From: Octopus sinensis
Taxonomy: Eukaryota
Length of the DNA stretch: 64,000 nt
Assembly: GCF_006345805.1 (NCBI RefSeq)
Contig: NC_042997.1
Coordinates: 12,958,001-13,022,000, forward strand
Direction of reading: 5' to 3'
Shown piece by piece: positions 14,570 through 27,832 of this stretch (positions within the stretch are counted from its first letter, which is position 1; every line of letters starts with the position of its first letter). Position numbers and translations under genes: made by a program. The notes under the pieces were generated by a model that was not told where the DNA came from, made no database searches, and was given only the letters and a program-made list of their open reading frames with translations.

Positions 14570-14724
14570 AGGCGTGTAGTAAGTAGCTTCCTTAGAAATT
14601 AAGCGGTTTCGGCTTCAGTCACACTCTGCCTGCGGCAACTTGAGCAAGTGTCCTCCCCTATAGTCTCGGGCCGACCAAAACATTGTGAATGGATTTGGTT
14701 GAGGGAAACTGAAAGAAGCCCGTC

Positions 14725-14785
<61 letters not shown>

Positions 14786-15004
14786 GTGTTTGTGTGTCTG
14801 TGTTTGTCACCCCCACCATCGCTTGACAAACGATGTTGGTGTGTTTACGTCGCCGTGAATTAGCGGTCCGGCCAAACAGATCGATAGAATAAGTACTAGG
14901 CTTACAAACAATAAGTCTTGGGGTCGAATTGCTCGACTAAAGACGATGTTTCTGCATGGCTGCAGTCAAATGACTGAAACAAATAAATGAATTAAAGAAT
15001 AAAA

Positions 15005-15005
<1 letters not shown>
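14570..15005 (+). mobile_element. tRNA-derived SINE, family B (diverged) with internal (AT)n
   Basis: Colinear with 30506-30907 and 52993-53406. Confidence 0.8.
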
Positions 15006-15054
<49 letters not shown>

Positions 15055-15086
15055 TTTATTTTAAGCAGCAGAAAATTCAACAAAAT

Positions 15087-15122
15087 CTGTACTCTGAGTT
15101 CTCGTTGCCGTTCATCAGACAG
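15087..15122 (-). ncRNA. Degenerate minimal type I hammerhead motif in a PLE-like 3' tail (about 15045-15400)
   Basis: Minus strand CTGT-CTGATGA-ACGGCAACG-AGAA-CTCAGAG-T-ACAG: stem I CTGT/ACAG and core CUGAUGA intact, GAAA and cleavage site altered; followed by AATAAA and (TA)n. Confidence 0.5.
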
Positions 15123-16130
15123 TTTTTGCTAGAATGGAACATATATATAAATTCAATCTATACTCTTACAAACGCTACACCTTTAAAAAGAAATGGACTT
15201 GTTTGATTGGCCCTTTAGAAAAAACGGTCAATCTTCGAGCGATAAACAAAAAGGTCAAAAATATATGTATATTATATAAAAAAAACTTATAAAAATTATA
15301 AAATCCGAGGAAAAAACCGAGGAAAAAACCTATTGCCGTTAATGAAGACAGTACAAATTAATGCATAGAAATTAAACCTGTTATAAATACTGCAATACAT
15401 ATTTATATTAAAATCCACATATATATATCAACATACACAAAAGGATGCGCGTAAACGCCATACATACATACATATACAGACGTACGAATATGAATCTAAA
15501 TTATACACATAAAAGCATGTGTACATATATCCACGCAAACCGTCTCGCACGCAAGCTAAAATTCATCTATGTAGCAATTCTCATATACTGAGCAAGGAGG
15601 GGGAACGAAAGAAAGGGAAAGAGAGAAAAAGGAACGAAGGAGGGGTAGGGAAAAAACTTGTAGCGATATTATTGGCATCTATAGAGGCCAGTATAATACA
15701 CAAGTTTGAATTGATACATATACATACCGTCGTGTGTATGCGTGCTTAAGCACAAGCATATTTCACTTACACATACACAGATACGCATGCTTACAAATAC
15801 ATATGCTTTGCTATACACAAACTTATATAAACATTCTAATTTGACAACATTGCTTTTAAAAAAAACATTGCTTTTAAAAAATGGGTGCATTAATAAAAAT
15901 ATATACGAAAGACATATAAAATAAAATATAACATCCTATTTTGGGTCATTTATAAATAATCAAGGTAATATAAATAATCTAGGTAATCTTATGCAATACA
16001 ATAACATGAAAACAAAGTTTGTAGGTTTTTCCTAATATATATGTAGAAACAATAAGACTTTGCTATAGGTCCGTCGTAGCGCTCAAGAGTCAAAATCAAA
16101 ATCAAAAAATCAAAATACAAAATATATACT

Positions 16131-17348
16131 CTATCCATATGGTATATTTATATTCGACATTTTAAATTTAGCCGCGTGCCTACATAAGTTCATTAACTCA
16201 CTTCTTTGATTCAAAGAATTATTGTCTTTGAATAATATGTGCATTTTCTCTAATAAGCAAAGCTTGCACTTGAAATTATATTTGTAAGCTCCATGCCTGT
16301 ATGGTGCCGCCCTGTCCAGAATGCTCCATGTCACGTTGAAAGTGGGGCTTCCTTTTCTTTTAGTTCCCAGACATATTTTGCTAGGCTGGTTTTCTTCCTA
16401 TTCTCTGAGTATTTAAAAGAATTCTTATGAGAATAAAATCTTGTTTTAAATGAATTTTCTGAAGCCCCTGTGTATGTCTTGTATTCCGATGAGCCTTCCA
16501 CTTGCACTTGGCTCTATAAACTACTCCTTTCACTAGACATTTCCCTTCTAACGGACAGGAGCTTTCGTTTTTGAAATTACATTTCTTAATGGGCTCGGCA
16601 CCATGTCTAATCTCAATTAGCTTCCTATTATGTTGGCTAATGTAAGAGGCGAAATTTCTGCAACAAGAATAGCTAACCTTCAGGGTTCTTCTATAAATAT
16701 TCTGTAGAATTTATGACCCTGCTTAAAATGCTTAGAGACTAATCTCAAAAATTCTTACCTATATTAGTCTTTACGGCCAAATTGAAAGCCGGGTTGAACC
16801 ACAAAACTTTCCTGGTCCTAGTTCTTCGTGCAGTATTATTATTAGCATTAAGCTGGTTGAACTGGATCTTCTCCGAGAATCCACTATTCTTTAATGCGCT
16901 ATCGTAATAAGGTGCAGCATTATGGAATGCTGCCTCGTCCGAAGAAATTGAAGATATTCTTCTACCTACATTGCTGACTAAGTTGCTAAGGATAACTGGT
17001 GGATGGTTCGAATCTTTGCTAACATACGATAGCTTTTCATTGGGCTTACGGAAAGGTTTAAATCTATCCGATCTTACATTAAAATTTACGTCTAAAAAAT
17101 CTACACTATTCAGGTTAGTATCTATCGTAATCCGTAAGCCCATCCTTTGAAAGAAAGCTATAAGGTCCTTCCTAAGTCTATCTGATTCATGGCCGTTTAG
17201 ATTATGCGTGGCTATAAGGCCGTCATCCCTATATAGACCTGCATCTATAAATGGGAATTCTATTTTTAGATTATGGAGAATAAAGGCTCCTATGAGCATA
17301 CATAATTCAGCCCCGTCGTATGCCCCCATCGGTACATCGAAAAGAGAA
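16131..17348 (-). mobile_element. 5'-truncated Penelope-like retroelement (Naiad-like): RT C-terminal half, linker and GIY-YIG endonuclease
   Basis: FDVPMGAYDGAELC, LYRDDGL (RT catalytic motif), DFLDV, SNHPP, WFNPAF; after four 1-bp frameshifts KVSYSCC..SCPLEGKCLVKGVVY..YTGASENSFKTRFYSH..W..CKLCLLEK..LNQRSE..CRH, stop at 16131; 5' end abuts (AT)n at about 17348. Confidence 0.92.
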
Positions 17349-17686
17349 TATATATATATCAGAGAGAGAAAGAGAGGGACGGACGGAGAGAGGGAGGGAG
17401 TGGGAGAGAAAGATAGAGAAAGATAAATAAAAAGGTAGATACATACATACATAAATACATATATACATAAATATTTAAAGCTAAGTTTGTATTATAATGT
17501 ACTATGTAGGTTCATACTTAACACTTTTATAGCTATCAATATTCATGTAAGATATTTTCGTTGATTTCAGGTGAGTTTTATAACTCCTTCACTCATTTTT
17601 ATCATAAGTATTTTATCAGCATTCCCACATGTATATATATATATATATATATATGTATATAAATATATATAGAAGTGTGTGTGTGT

Positions 17687-18063
17687 GTGGAGGTGCGTTA
17701 GGTGGTTAGGGTGACGGACTTGCGGTCTTAGGATCGCGGTTTCGATTCCCAGACCGGGCGTTGTGAGTTTTTATTGAGCGAAAACACCTAAGCTCTACGA
17801 GGCTCCGGCAGGGGGTGGCGGTGAACCCTGCTGTAATTTCTCGCCACAACTTTCTCTTACTCTTTCTTCCTGCTTCTGTTGTACTTGTATTTCAAAGGGC
17901 CAGCCTTGTCACACTCTGTGTCACACTGAATCTCCCCGAGAGCTACGTTAAAGTTACACGTGTCTGCGGAGTGCTCAGCCACTTTCACGTTAATTTCACG
18001 ATCAGGCTGTTCCGTTGATCGGATCAACTGGAACAGTCGTCGTCGTAACCGACGGAGTGCCAA
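17687..18063 (+). mobile_element. SINE family A, tail type 1 (older copy)
   Basis: Colinear with the 5546 copy but with more substitutions. Confidence 0.88.
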
Positions 18064-18071
18064 CTCTATAC

Positions 18072-18107
<36 letters not shown>

Positions 18108-18693
18108 GTGTATTTTGGTATCTTTGTGAGGTGAAGGCATGTGCGTATATAATCCCATGCTTCATATCTAGAAAAAGAAAATAACATGTAAGGCAAGCGC
18201 TTTTCCTGAGCGGTTATATTTTATGCAAATAGTGATAGCTAAGAAGCTGTTTACTTCATCGTCATTTTCACTTGTTTGAAAATGCATGCAATGAACTCTG
18301 AGAAGCCAAGTAATGCGTAAAGCATATCACCACCGGCGTTTCGTAACAAACAACTATTATCTTTACACTCTCTAAATGTATATTACATTCGTTAATTAAT
18401 TTTGCTGTTTAAAATGTCGCTGTTTGTTTAGATGTTGATATTTTTAATAGTCTGTATGAAAATTATTTTGCAACTGTCACGAATCGCACATGAATTGAAG
18501 AAAATGAAATATGTAGAGATGTGAGAATGGTGATTATAACAAGGCAAGTAATGGTAATCTGTAATGGTAACGAAATTGAAAAGAATCAATCATACAGCTG
18601 AAGAGGTTGACTTGAAATGTGATAGATAACGAAGATAAGAAGAGGTTGAGAAATGGAAGGGAGAGGATGATAAGCAGTTAGAAAAAGTCGAAT

Positions 18694-18749
<56 letters not shown>

Positions 18750-18981
18750 GAAGTAGAAAAAGAAGTAGAAGTAGAAATAGAAGAAGAAGTAGAAGTAGAA
18801 GTAGAAATAGAAGAAGAGGTAGAAGAAGAAGTAGAATTAGAAGTAGTAGAAGAAGAAGAAGAAGAAGAAGAAGAAGAAGAAGAAGAAGAAGAGAAGAAGA
18901 AGAAGAAGTAGAAGGAATAAAAGGTGATGGAAAAGAAGATATGAAGGAGAAGATGAAGTAGATGAAGAGGAAGGAGAGGAA

Positions 18982-19028
<47 letters not shown>

Positions 19029-19045
19029 AGAAGAAGAAGAAGAAA
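18694..19045. repeat. Compound (AAT)n-(GAAGTA)n-(GAA)n microsatellite
   Basis: Direct. Confidence 0.95.
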
Positions 19046-19668
19046 TTAGCAACCAAGAGCTATAAATATCATAAATATGGAATTTATAAAACAATTATAA
19101 GGCAAAAGATATTGATACCCAAGCAATCAATAAAAAGTGGATATAAATCTCTATAAAATCGTTGTTATGTAATAAAAATATCTGCAACAACAAATATTAT
19201 ATGATAAACAGCAATATTATTCAACAAATTTAGTGATATTTCTTAACAAGTGAATTTGTTCGTAGAACGTGCGTTGAAACGGAAATAATTACGGCAAGGT
19301 AGAATCATTTTAGCCATTTAAGAATAGAAGACAGATCAGAAGATAGAAATGTTAAGTTTGATTATTCATTTATTTGTTTAAAATTCATTAATGATTCTCT
19401 TAATAGCCAATGTAACAGTATTTAAAGAGATATAAATATTGCAATACTCATTTGTTTCCGCGGCTAAGTGTACAGTCTCCTATGAAGGAAATAGCACTCG
19501 TTCAATCAATCACAAGTGATTAAGGTTTCTTTCATGGGAGATATCTGATTGATCAAAATCGAACCTATAACACTCCAGTTGGAAACCGCTTGAACTCTTA
19601 AATAGCAAACTCACACCCGCACACACATACTCTCTATCACGTTCTCTCTCTCTCTCTCTCTGTCTCTG

Positions 19669-19701
<33 letters not shown>

Positions 19702-19814
19702 AAAAAATGCACACTCACTCAAACACACACATATACACTCATGCACAAACGTATACTCTACAAAGCGACATGCGTTTATACTCATCCATATATGTGTGTG
19801 TGTGTATATATTTA

Positions 19815-19855
<41 letters not shown>

Positions 19856-20305
19856 GTATTTATATATATAAATATGTCCCTACCCCTAATAGTAATAATT
19901 TTATATTCGGCTGGTTGATGCCAACAACAGTATGGAGGTATATGCCACTGGAGTTGCTTCAGGAATTCCTGCGTACCTCTTGCCCTTAAAGATTATATGA
20001 AGTATAAGAGATACAAAATGGCATACACGAAACTCTTTATTTAGAGTATGCTTGGGCAACCTGTGGCCCACATTTGAAAATATGGTCAAGAATGTGAATG
20101 TGCAAAAATCGCATTCATACAGTTAATGAAATTTGTTCTTTAATAAAATATCAATGAATTTTCTCTATTTTTAACCTCAATATTTTATACTATAATTTAC
20201 TTACACTGGTAATCATCCTTATTATTCAGGTCTATATTTAAGAGATGAGGAATTATGTACATTATTTACCTTTGACGGATATTTGTCCTCATCATATTTG
20301 TTGTT

Positions 20306-20351
20306 AACACAACGTTTCGGCTGATAGACTCTCCAGTCTTCGTCAGGTGTC
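20306..20351 (-). ncRNA. Minimal type I hammerhead ribozyme motif
   Basis: Minus strand GACAC-CTGACGA-A-GACTG..CAGCC-GAAA-CG-TT-GTGTT: stem I, core CUGACGA, stem II with one mismatch, palindromic 2-bp stem III, GUU cleavage triplet. Confidence 0.72.
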
Positions 20352-20413
20352 CTGGGGAAATTTCGAACCTGGGTTCTCATTCCTAAGGTATTTTTGGATG
20401 TTGTTATTATCAA

Positions 20414-20457
<44 letters not shown>

Positions 20458-20486
20458 TATTATTATATTATTATTATTATTAAACA

Positions 20487-20560
20487 GGGTATATGGCGTA
20501 GTGGTTAAGAGCGCGGGCTACTAACCCCAAAATTCCGTGTTCGATTCCAGGTAGTGACCT
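20487..20560 (+). mobile_element. tRNA-derived SINE head (pol III promoter) followed by AAT repeats
   Basis: A-box TGGCGTAGTGG (20494-20504), B-box GTTCGATTCC (20539-20548); acceptor stem does not close, so not a tRNA gene. Confidence 0.75.
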
Positions 20561-21490
20561 GAATAATAATTATAAAATGACATTATTCGAACTCAGAGTA
20601 TTTGTAACCAGACCAAATAATTCGAAGTATATGGTTCGACATTCTAACAATCTCTAGCCCTGAATTTGTGCACTTGATTTTATCGAGCGCCATTACAATG
20701 AAAGGCATAGTTGACTTTAAGTAAGTCTGATCTGAGACCACGGAGTGAATATATAACGTAAACTATTCAATCCAACACACAAAAACCCTAATTTCTAAAA
20801 AAAATCGTTTCTGTAATTCCTTCAGGGAGCTACAGACAAATGTAGAAACATGAACACGAAATGAGACAGTTATAGTGAAATATTTCAGAAAGTGTGACGT
20901 TCTGACGATGAGCATGTATGAAAACAAGTGCGTCTGTAAATTTATATATACAAAAATGTGATCGCGCACGTGAGTGTGAATTAATAACACGTCATATAGA
21001 AAAATTTATTAAATACATCCGAAATTAATGCTAGTGATTGTGTGCACATATGGTTAATATGAGTGCATGTTTGTAGAGTACACATATATTATTATATTAG
21101 TATTAGATATGAAATATATATCTTTTTTCATTTTAATGACGTGTCTGGTAGTTTATATACGTATGAATAAAATGCGTACATATACACACAAACATACGTA
21201 TATATGTTTATATGTATATGCACATATGTGTTTATATATATATATACACATATGTATATATATATATATATTATATATATGTATAAGAATATATATATAT
21301 GTGTGTATATATATATTCATGTATATATATATATTATATACATATATATATATACATATATAATATATACATATATATACATATATATACATATATATAT
21401 ATATACATATATATATATACATATATATACATATAATATATATATATACATATATATATATATACATATATATATAATATATATATATAT

Positions 21491-21553
<63 letters not shown>

Positions 21554-22441
21554 ATATATATATAAACATATACACATATATACATGAATATATATATTTA
21601 TGTGTGTACAAATATGTATACGTATGCATGGACGTAGACTACAACTATACTTTCCTATAATATCATTGTATATATATATGCGCGTCTTTATGTATGTATG
21701 TGTGTATTTTGTATGTGTGTATGTGTTTGTATATCACCTAATTTATTAGCGAAAAATATTTTTGTGATGATGAACAATAATATTACACTAAATTAATTAT
21801 CAATATAATATTCTATTGCACACGAACTTTCTTCAACATATTACATTTCTTTTTTGTTTCTTTTTCATTTATATCAAACTTGAATAACAACTATATAACT
21901 ACGTAACTAATAGGAGCAGGCAATAATTAGCGCATGCGTAGTTCCCTATATTCAAGTGATGTTAAGTCAAAACAATGAAGTAAAAACGGTCAAAATATAA
22001 TGATATGAATACATATATTTTAAATGTGTCCTTTCAATAATTACCGTTACATTATTTTCCTAGGATACTAAAACGAGGAAAAAAATTATAAACATATATA
22101 ATATATTTAAACTGCCTTCTGGGCACGAAGTTAATTATACAGCAAATTTATTTGTGTGCGTGTATATGTGACGGGAATATATATATACATATACATATGC
22201 AATATGTACATATATGCATGTATATGTTGCATATGTACATGCATATACATATTGCTGTTACATATACATGCACACAATAAATATGTATATGTATATGTGT
22301 ATATATATATATGTGCGTGTGTGTGTGTGTGAGTCCATATATATACATAGAGGTAGATAGATGTATAGATAGATAGAGAGAGAGAGGAGAGAGATATAGG
22401 GATAAATATGTATTTATGTGTGTGTATATATATCTATACAC

Positions 22442-22510
<69 letters not shown>

Positions 22511-24071
22511 ATATATATAAATTGTCCACTTTTGAATATTTGTAAGACAATATGTGTGTGTTTATTTGTCAATGTATATATATATATATAATGCAAGTAC
22601 GTACGTGTGTGTGTGTGTATATATATATATATATGCGTATATTTGTATGTAAATTACTTATGTGGTTATATACCTACATATAAGTGTTTATATAAATGTT
22701 TAATATTATCGCACAAATGTTGGAATTCATTTATCTATGTGAGTGTACCGGATGCTATCTAAAAATGAAATATGTCTTTAACGCAATCTCTCCATTATGA
22801 AATGACGTGTCGTTTCCCTTTACAGTGGATATTGACTCATTATTCTCTTAATGTAATTTAAGTCAATTTCTGTGTCTTTGTTTAATATTAGGCCGTCATA
22901 AATTATGCAAAAAATCCTATTACTTAAGATTATGAGAATTTTTATAATTGTTGAATATTTTCTAATCAGTTAACGTATTGCTTAGGCACAAATATTGAAT
23001 GTTCACACGTACGCATATAGGAAATATTAATACCTACTTTATAATAAATGCTTTGGAAAGTAATACCCTTCTCCCCCTTCCTCATCTTTGTTGTTGTTGT
23101 TCTTCTTCTTCTTCTTCTTCTTCTTCTACTTCGTCTTCTTCTCCCCCTCCTCCTCCTCCTTCCTCTTCTTTTTCTTCTTCTTTTTCTTCTTATTCATTTT
23201 CATAGTTCAAATTCTGCCGAAGTTGACCTCACCTTTCAATCTTCCGGGGTTGATAAAATGTGTATCAGTTGAAATTTGGGATCAAAGTAATTGATTTATT
23301 CACTCCCAGATTTTGCTGGTTATGTGCCAACATTTGAAATCATTATTATTGATATTATTACAATTATCTTCTTTCAATTTTCTTTCCATTTCTTGCCGAG
23401 TGCCTTCCCAAAACCTAGGATAAGGAAACTCCCTGTATACATTGGTCGACCATTAAAATAAACACACCACATTGTTCATTTAGAAAGTCATGTGATAGAA
23501 AAATGGAAAACAGAGCAAAAAAGGAAGCCAAGAAAAAATGAAAAAAAACAAAGAAAATAAGGAGCAAAGGGAAAATAATTTCACAGCGACAATGACCTTC
23601 TCAATACGTGTGACCCACCAGTTAAGAAACGTTTTTGCACTTCCTGCATGGGTGGTAAAACAAGGATCATCCTCAATTAATTTTCATCATTTCAAGTGCT
23701 CCTACAATCATTGGTATAGTAACCGTTTTGAGATGACACATTTTTTTTCAATCCGCAAATCTTTATATTTTGTGAACTCGTTAAATTCTTTTACCTAGAT
23801 ATTATAATCGCAAGGTATGCTCATGTCAATCAATAAACAGATTTCATTGTTTTGATCTTTCGCAAAGCCATCTGGTATTTTTAGCTTTGATGGTCCTATG
23901 TCTATATACTGGAAAGTGCCAAAGAAACGTTATATTTTCTCCCAGTTACAGCCGCAGTTTGGTGTTTGTACCATTTCTCAGTAGTCTTGATTTCATAATG
24001 CCGACATATTATCCAGTGAAATTATTGGTTAACACTCTCATGTCTAGACTTATATTCTACTTGCGCTAAAA

Positions 24072-24126
<55 letters not shown>

Positions 24127-24434
24127 AAATTTTATATTTATAACGCGCTTTCGCGTTTTGTTTTATCCTTCTTTCAATACTCTGACATTTATTACAACAC
24201 ACAATCCAAGAAACACAGAGGTTTACAGTATTGTTCCCCAAAATATCTCACTACTACAACAAAACCCATGAATGAAACAAGCATTCAAATTCTTCTGATC
24301 TTAAAAGGATTTTATCCTATATATATGCTGTTTAGTGTTTACGCGTTGAAAATATATCTTTCTACTTATATATATATTTCTACAATAAATTTGAACGCTT
24401 CAAAAACGAACTCGTTCGTTTACATTTGACCTAA

Positions 24435-24473
<39 letters not shown>

Positions 24474-24479
24474 ATGTTT

Positions 24480-26040
24480 ATATATATTGACCAGATAGAG
24501 CGGAAGAAGAGTGAATTTATCCGGTCTTATATGCTTATAAGACCACACATTAACACTTTGTATAACATAATCGAAAACCAATGTGGCAAGGCTAATAAGG
24601 ATGGAGAAGGCGAAAAAGAAAAGGAAACAAAACCCGAAAGACTCTGTAATCTAGAGGTTCTTCAAGAGAATGGATCACCCGCCACGGTGAACGACCAGGC
24701 AGAAAAGGATAGGGGAGCCAAGGAAGCAGTATATGGAAGCCCCGCTGTGCCAGTGGTCCTAGAAAGGAACGGAGCCCTTACCCCATTAGATAAGACACAA
24801 GAGAAAAGTTCCCACCACAAGAAAAGGAAGAACGGAAAACAAAAATAAAGAAGGAAGGGAAGAAAAAGGAAAAAGCAAAACAACCAAGACCGAAACCCCA
24901 ACCCACCAAAAAAACGATAGAAACCACATGGAGGATCCAATGCCATCCAAAACCCGACAGGAAAGAAGAAATCTGGAAGGCACTCAAGAACCTGCAAATT
25001 TTACCTGCAAGGCAAATGTTGCCATGGGGAGGACGGTAAAAACTGCCGGTTTGCCCACCCGACACCCCACCAGAACTACAGGGCCTCAAAGAGAAAAACT
25101 TCACTGAGGAAAGATAACAAATGTCTCCCAGGAAAACATTCAGAAAAGAAGTGTGCTCCTCAGATGTTCTGCGCAACACAGCTGCTGAGCAAGAGTCTTC
25201 TTTGTGCATGGCGCAAAGGATTGTACAGCAGCTAACATGGCTACACCAAGCACAAACAAGGAACCTTGCCCACCACTATGCCAGACCACCACAGTCAACA
25301 GACACAGATGGTCTCTCCTGACGCCTGCATAGCCGTTATTATTGGGGGCCTGTTGCATCAAAATAAAAACAAAATTTCTTTCCTGAGAGATCTTACGGCA
25401 TGCAATCAAGCCCTATGCATAGCACTCGTAGAAACTCACCTCAGCCCTGATATAGAGGATGCAGAAGTACAGGTACCAAACTATGCCATGCTGCGAACAA
25501 ACAGAAGAGAAAGGAGCCATGGTGGAGTTGCTGTATACATCCGTGATGACCTCACAACCCAGGTCTTACTGTCATACTCAAATTCGGTATGTGACACTCT
25601 AATTGTATACATAAGACTACATAATATAGTCATATGCAATACATATTGCCCACCAGATGCTCCAAACCACGTAGGCAAGATTGCCTCACAAGAATTAAAG
25701 AAATCCTCATGAATCTGGAACACCACGTGACCATATTTCTTATGGGTGATTTCAACTTCCCCAACGTCAAATGACCTGAAGGTTTCATATTCTCAGGAAT
25801 GAATCATTCCAAGCAAGCACAGATGGAGTCCCTGCTCAACCTCACCAATGCCAATTCATGAAGCAAGCTGTACTCAGACCAACTAGAGCGAACAACATTC
25901 TGGATCTGTGCTTCACGAACAATATGGACATCATTCATGATGTGAAAGTGACACCGACATTAGTCTCGGATCCCAACATAATAGAGCTGTCGATGTTTGG
26001 GCTGAAAGAAGCCAGAGACATACAGCCTATATAGATATAT
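24480..26040 (+). mobile_element. 5' portion of an APE-type LINE (CR1/L2-like): decayed ORF1 with CCCH finger plus APE endonuclease, no RT; copy 1
   Basis: CKFYLQGKCCHGEDGKNCRFAH (24993-25058); ALVETHL, RSHGGVAVY, YCPPD, GDFNFP, PTRANNILDLCFTN and VSDP motifs with stops and frameshifts. Confidence 0.85.
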
Positions 26041-26079
26041 ATGGTTGGTAAGCAAGCTACTTACCACACAGCCACTCCT
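26041..26079 (-). mobile_element. 5' head fragment of SINE family B at the LINE breakpoint (also 27710-27748)
   Basis: Reverse complement of AGGAGTGGCTGTGTGGTAAGTAGCTTGCTTACCAACCA, matching the 52993 copy. Confidence 0.75.
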
Positions 26080-26097
26080 ATGCCTACAATGTATATA

Positions 26098-26135
<38 letters not shown>

Positions 26136-26141
26136 ATGTTT

Positions 26142-27709
26142 ATATATATTGACCAGATAGAGCGGAAGAAGAGTGAATTTATCCGGTCTTATATGCTTAT
26201 AAGACCACACATTAACACTTTGTATAACATAATCGAAAACCAATGTGGCAAGGCTAATAAGGATGGAGAAGGCGAAAAAGAAAAGGAAACAAAACCCGAA
26301 AGACTCTGTAATCTAGAGGTTCTTCAAGAGAATGGATCACCCGCCACGGTGAACGACCAGGCAGAAAAGGATAGGGGAGCCAAGGAAGCAGTATATGGAA
26401 GCCCCGCTGTGCCAGTGGTCCTAGAAAGGAACGGAGCCCTTACCCCATTAGATAAGACACAAGAGAAAAGTTCCCACCACAAGAAAAGGAAGAACGGAAA
26501 ACAAAAATAAAGAAGGAAGGGAAGAAAAAGGAAAAAGCAAAACAACCAAGACCGAAACCCCAACCCACCAAAAAAACGATAGAAACCACATGGAGGATCC
26601 AATGCCATCCAAAACCCGACAGGAAAGAAGAAATCTGGAAGGCACTCAAGAACCTGCAAATTTTACCTGCAAGGCAAATGTTGCCATGGGGAGGACGGTA
26701 AAAACTGCCGGTTTGCCCACCCGACACCCCACCAGAACTACAGGGCCTCAAAGAGAAAAACTTCACTGAGGAAAGATAACAAATGTCTCCCAGGAAAACA
26801 TTCAGAAAAGAAGTGTGCTCCTCAGATGTTCTGCGCAACACAGCTGCTGAGCAAGAGTCTTCTTTGTGCATGGCGCAAAGGATTGTACAGCAGCTAACAT
26901 GGCTACACCAAGCTCAAACAAGGAACCTTGCCCACCACTATGCCAGACCACCACAGTCAACAGACACAGATGGTCTCTCCTGACGCCTGCATAGCCGTTA
27001 TTATTGGGGGCCTGTTGCATCAAAATAAAAACAAAATTTCTTTCCTGAGAGATCTTACGGCATGCAATCAAGCCCTATGCATAGCACTCGTAGAAACTCA
27101 CCTCAGCCCTGATATAGAGGATGCAGAAGTACAGGTACCAAACTATGCCATGCTGCGAACAAACAGAAGAGAAAGGAGCCATGGTGGAGTTGCTGTATAC
27201 ATCCGTGATGACCTCACAACCCAGGTCTTACTGTCATACTCAAATTCGGTATGTGACACTCTAATTGTATACATAAGACAACATAATATAGTCATATGCA
27301 ATACATATTGCCCACCAGATGCTCCAAACCACGTAGGCAAGTTTGAAGATTGCCTCACAAGAATTAAAGAAATCCTCATGAATCTGGAACACCACGTGAC
27401 CATATTTCTTATGGGTGATTTCAACTTCCCCAACGTCAAATGACCTGAAGGTTTCATATTCTCAGGAATGAATTATTCCAAGCAAGCACAGATGGAGTCC
27501 CTGCTCAACCTCACCAATGCCAATTCATGAAGCAAGCTGTACTCAGACCAACTAGAGCGAACAACATTCTGGATCTGTGCTTCACGAACAATATGGACAT
27601 CATTCATGATGTGAAAGTGACACCGACATTAGTCTCGGATCCCAACATAATAGAGCTGTCGATGTTTGGGCTGAAAGAAGCCAGAGACATACAGCCTATA
27701 TAGATATAT
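26142..27709 (+). mobile_element. Copy 2 of the LINE 5' fragment (tandem duplication, period 1662-1669 bp)
   Basis: ORF-track entries repeat at +1662; copies differ by three substitutions and a 7-bp deletion in copy 1 that I could see. Confidence 0.88.
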
Positions 27710-27832
27710 ATGGTTGGTAAGCAAGCTACTTACCACACAGCCACTCCTATGCCTACAATGTATATATATATATATATATATAAGTATAAATATAAATGTA
27801 CATATATATATATGTATATACATATATATTTA

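Noticed and set aside
16040-16095. HHR or SECIS in the 3' UTR of the first PLE (GCTA..TAGC stem)
   Set aside because: No CUGANGA or GAAA core and no AUGA/GA quartet can be read.
16131-17348. Selenoprotein-type Naiad (UGA in place of Cys, with SECIS)
   Set aside because: All conserved Cys codons seen in both PLEs are TGT or TGC; the TGA at 16745 results from a frameshift and aligns to Leu.
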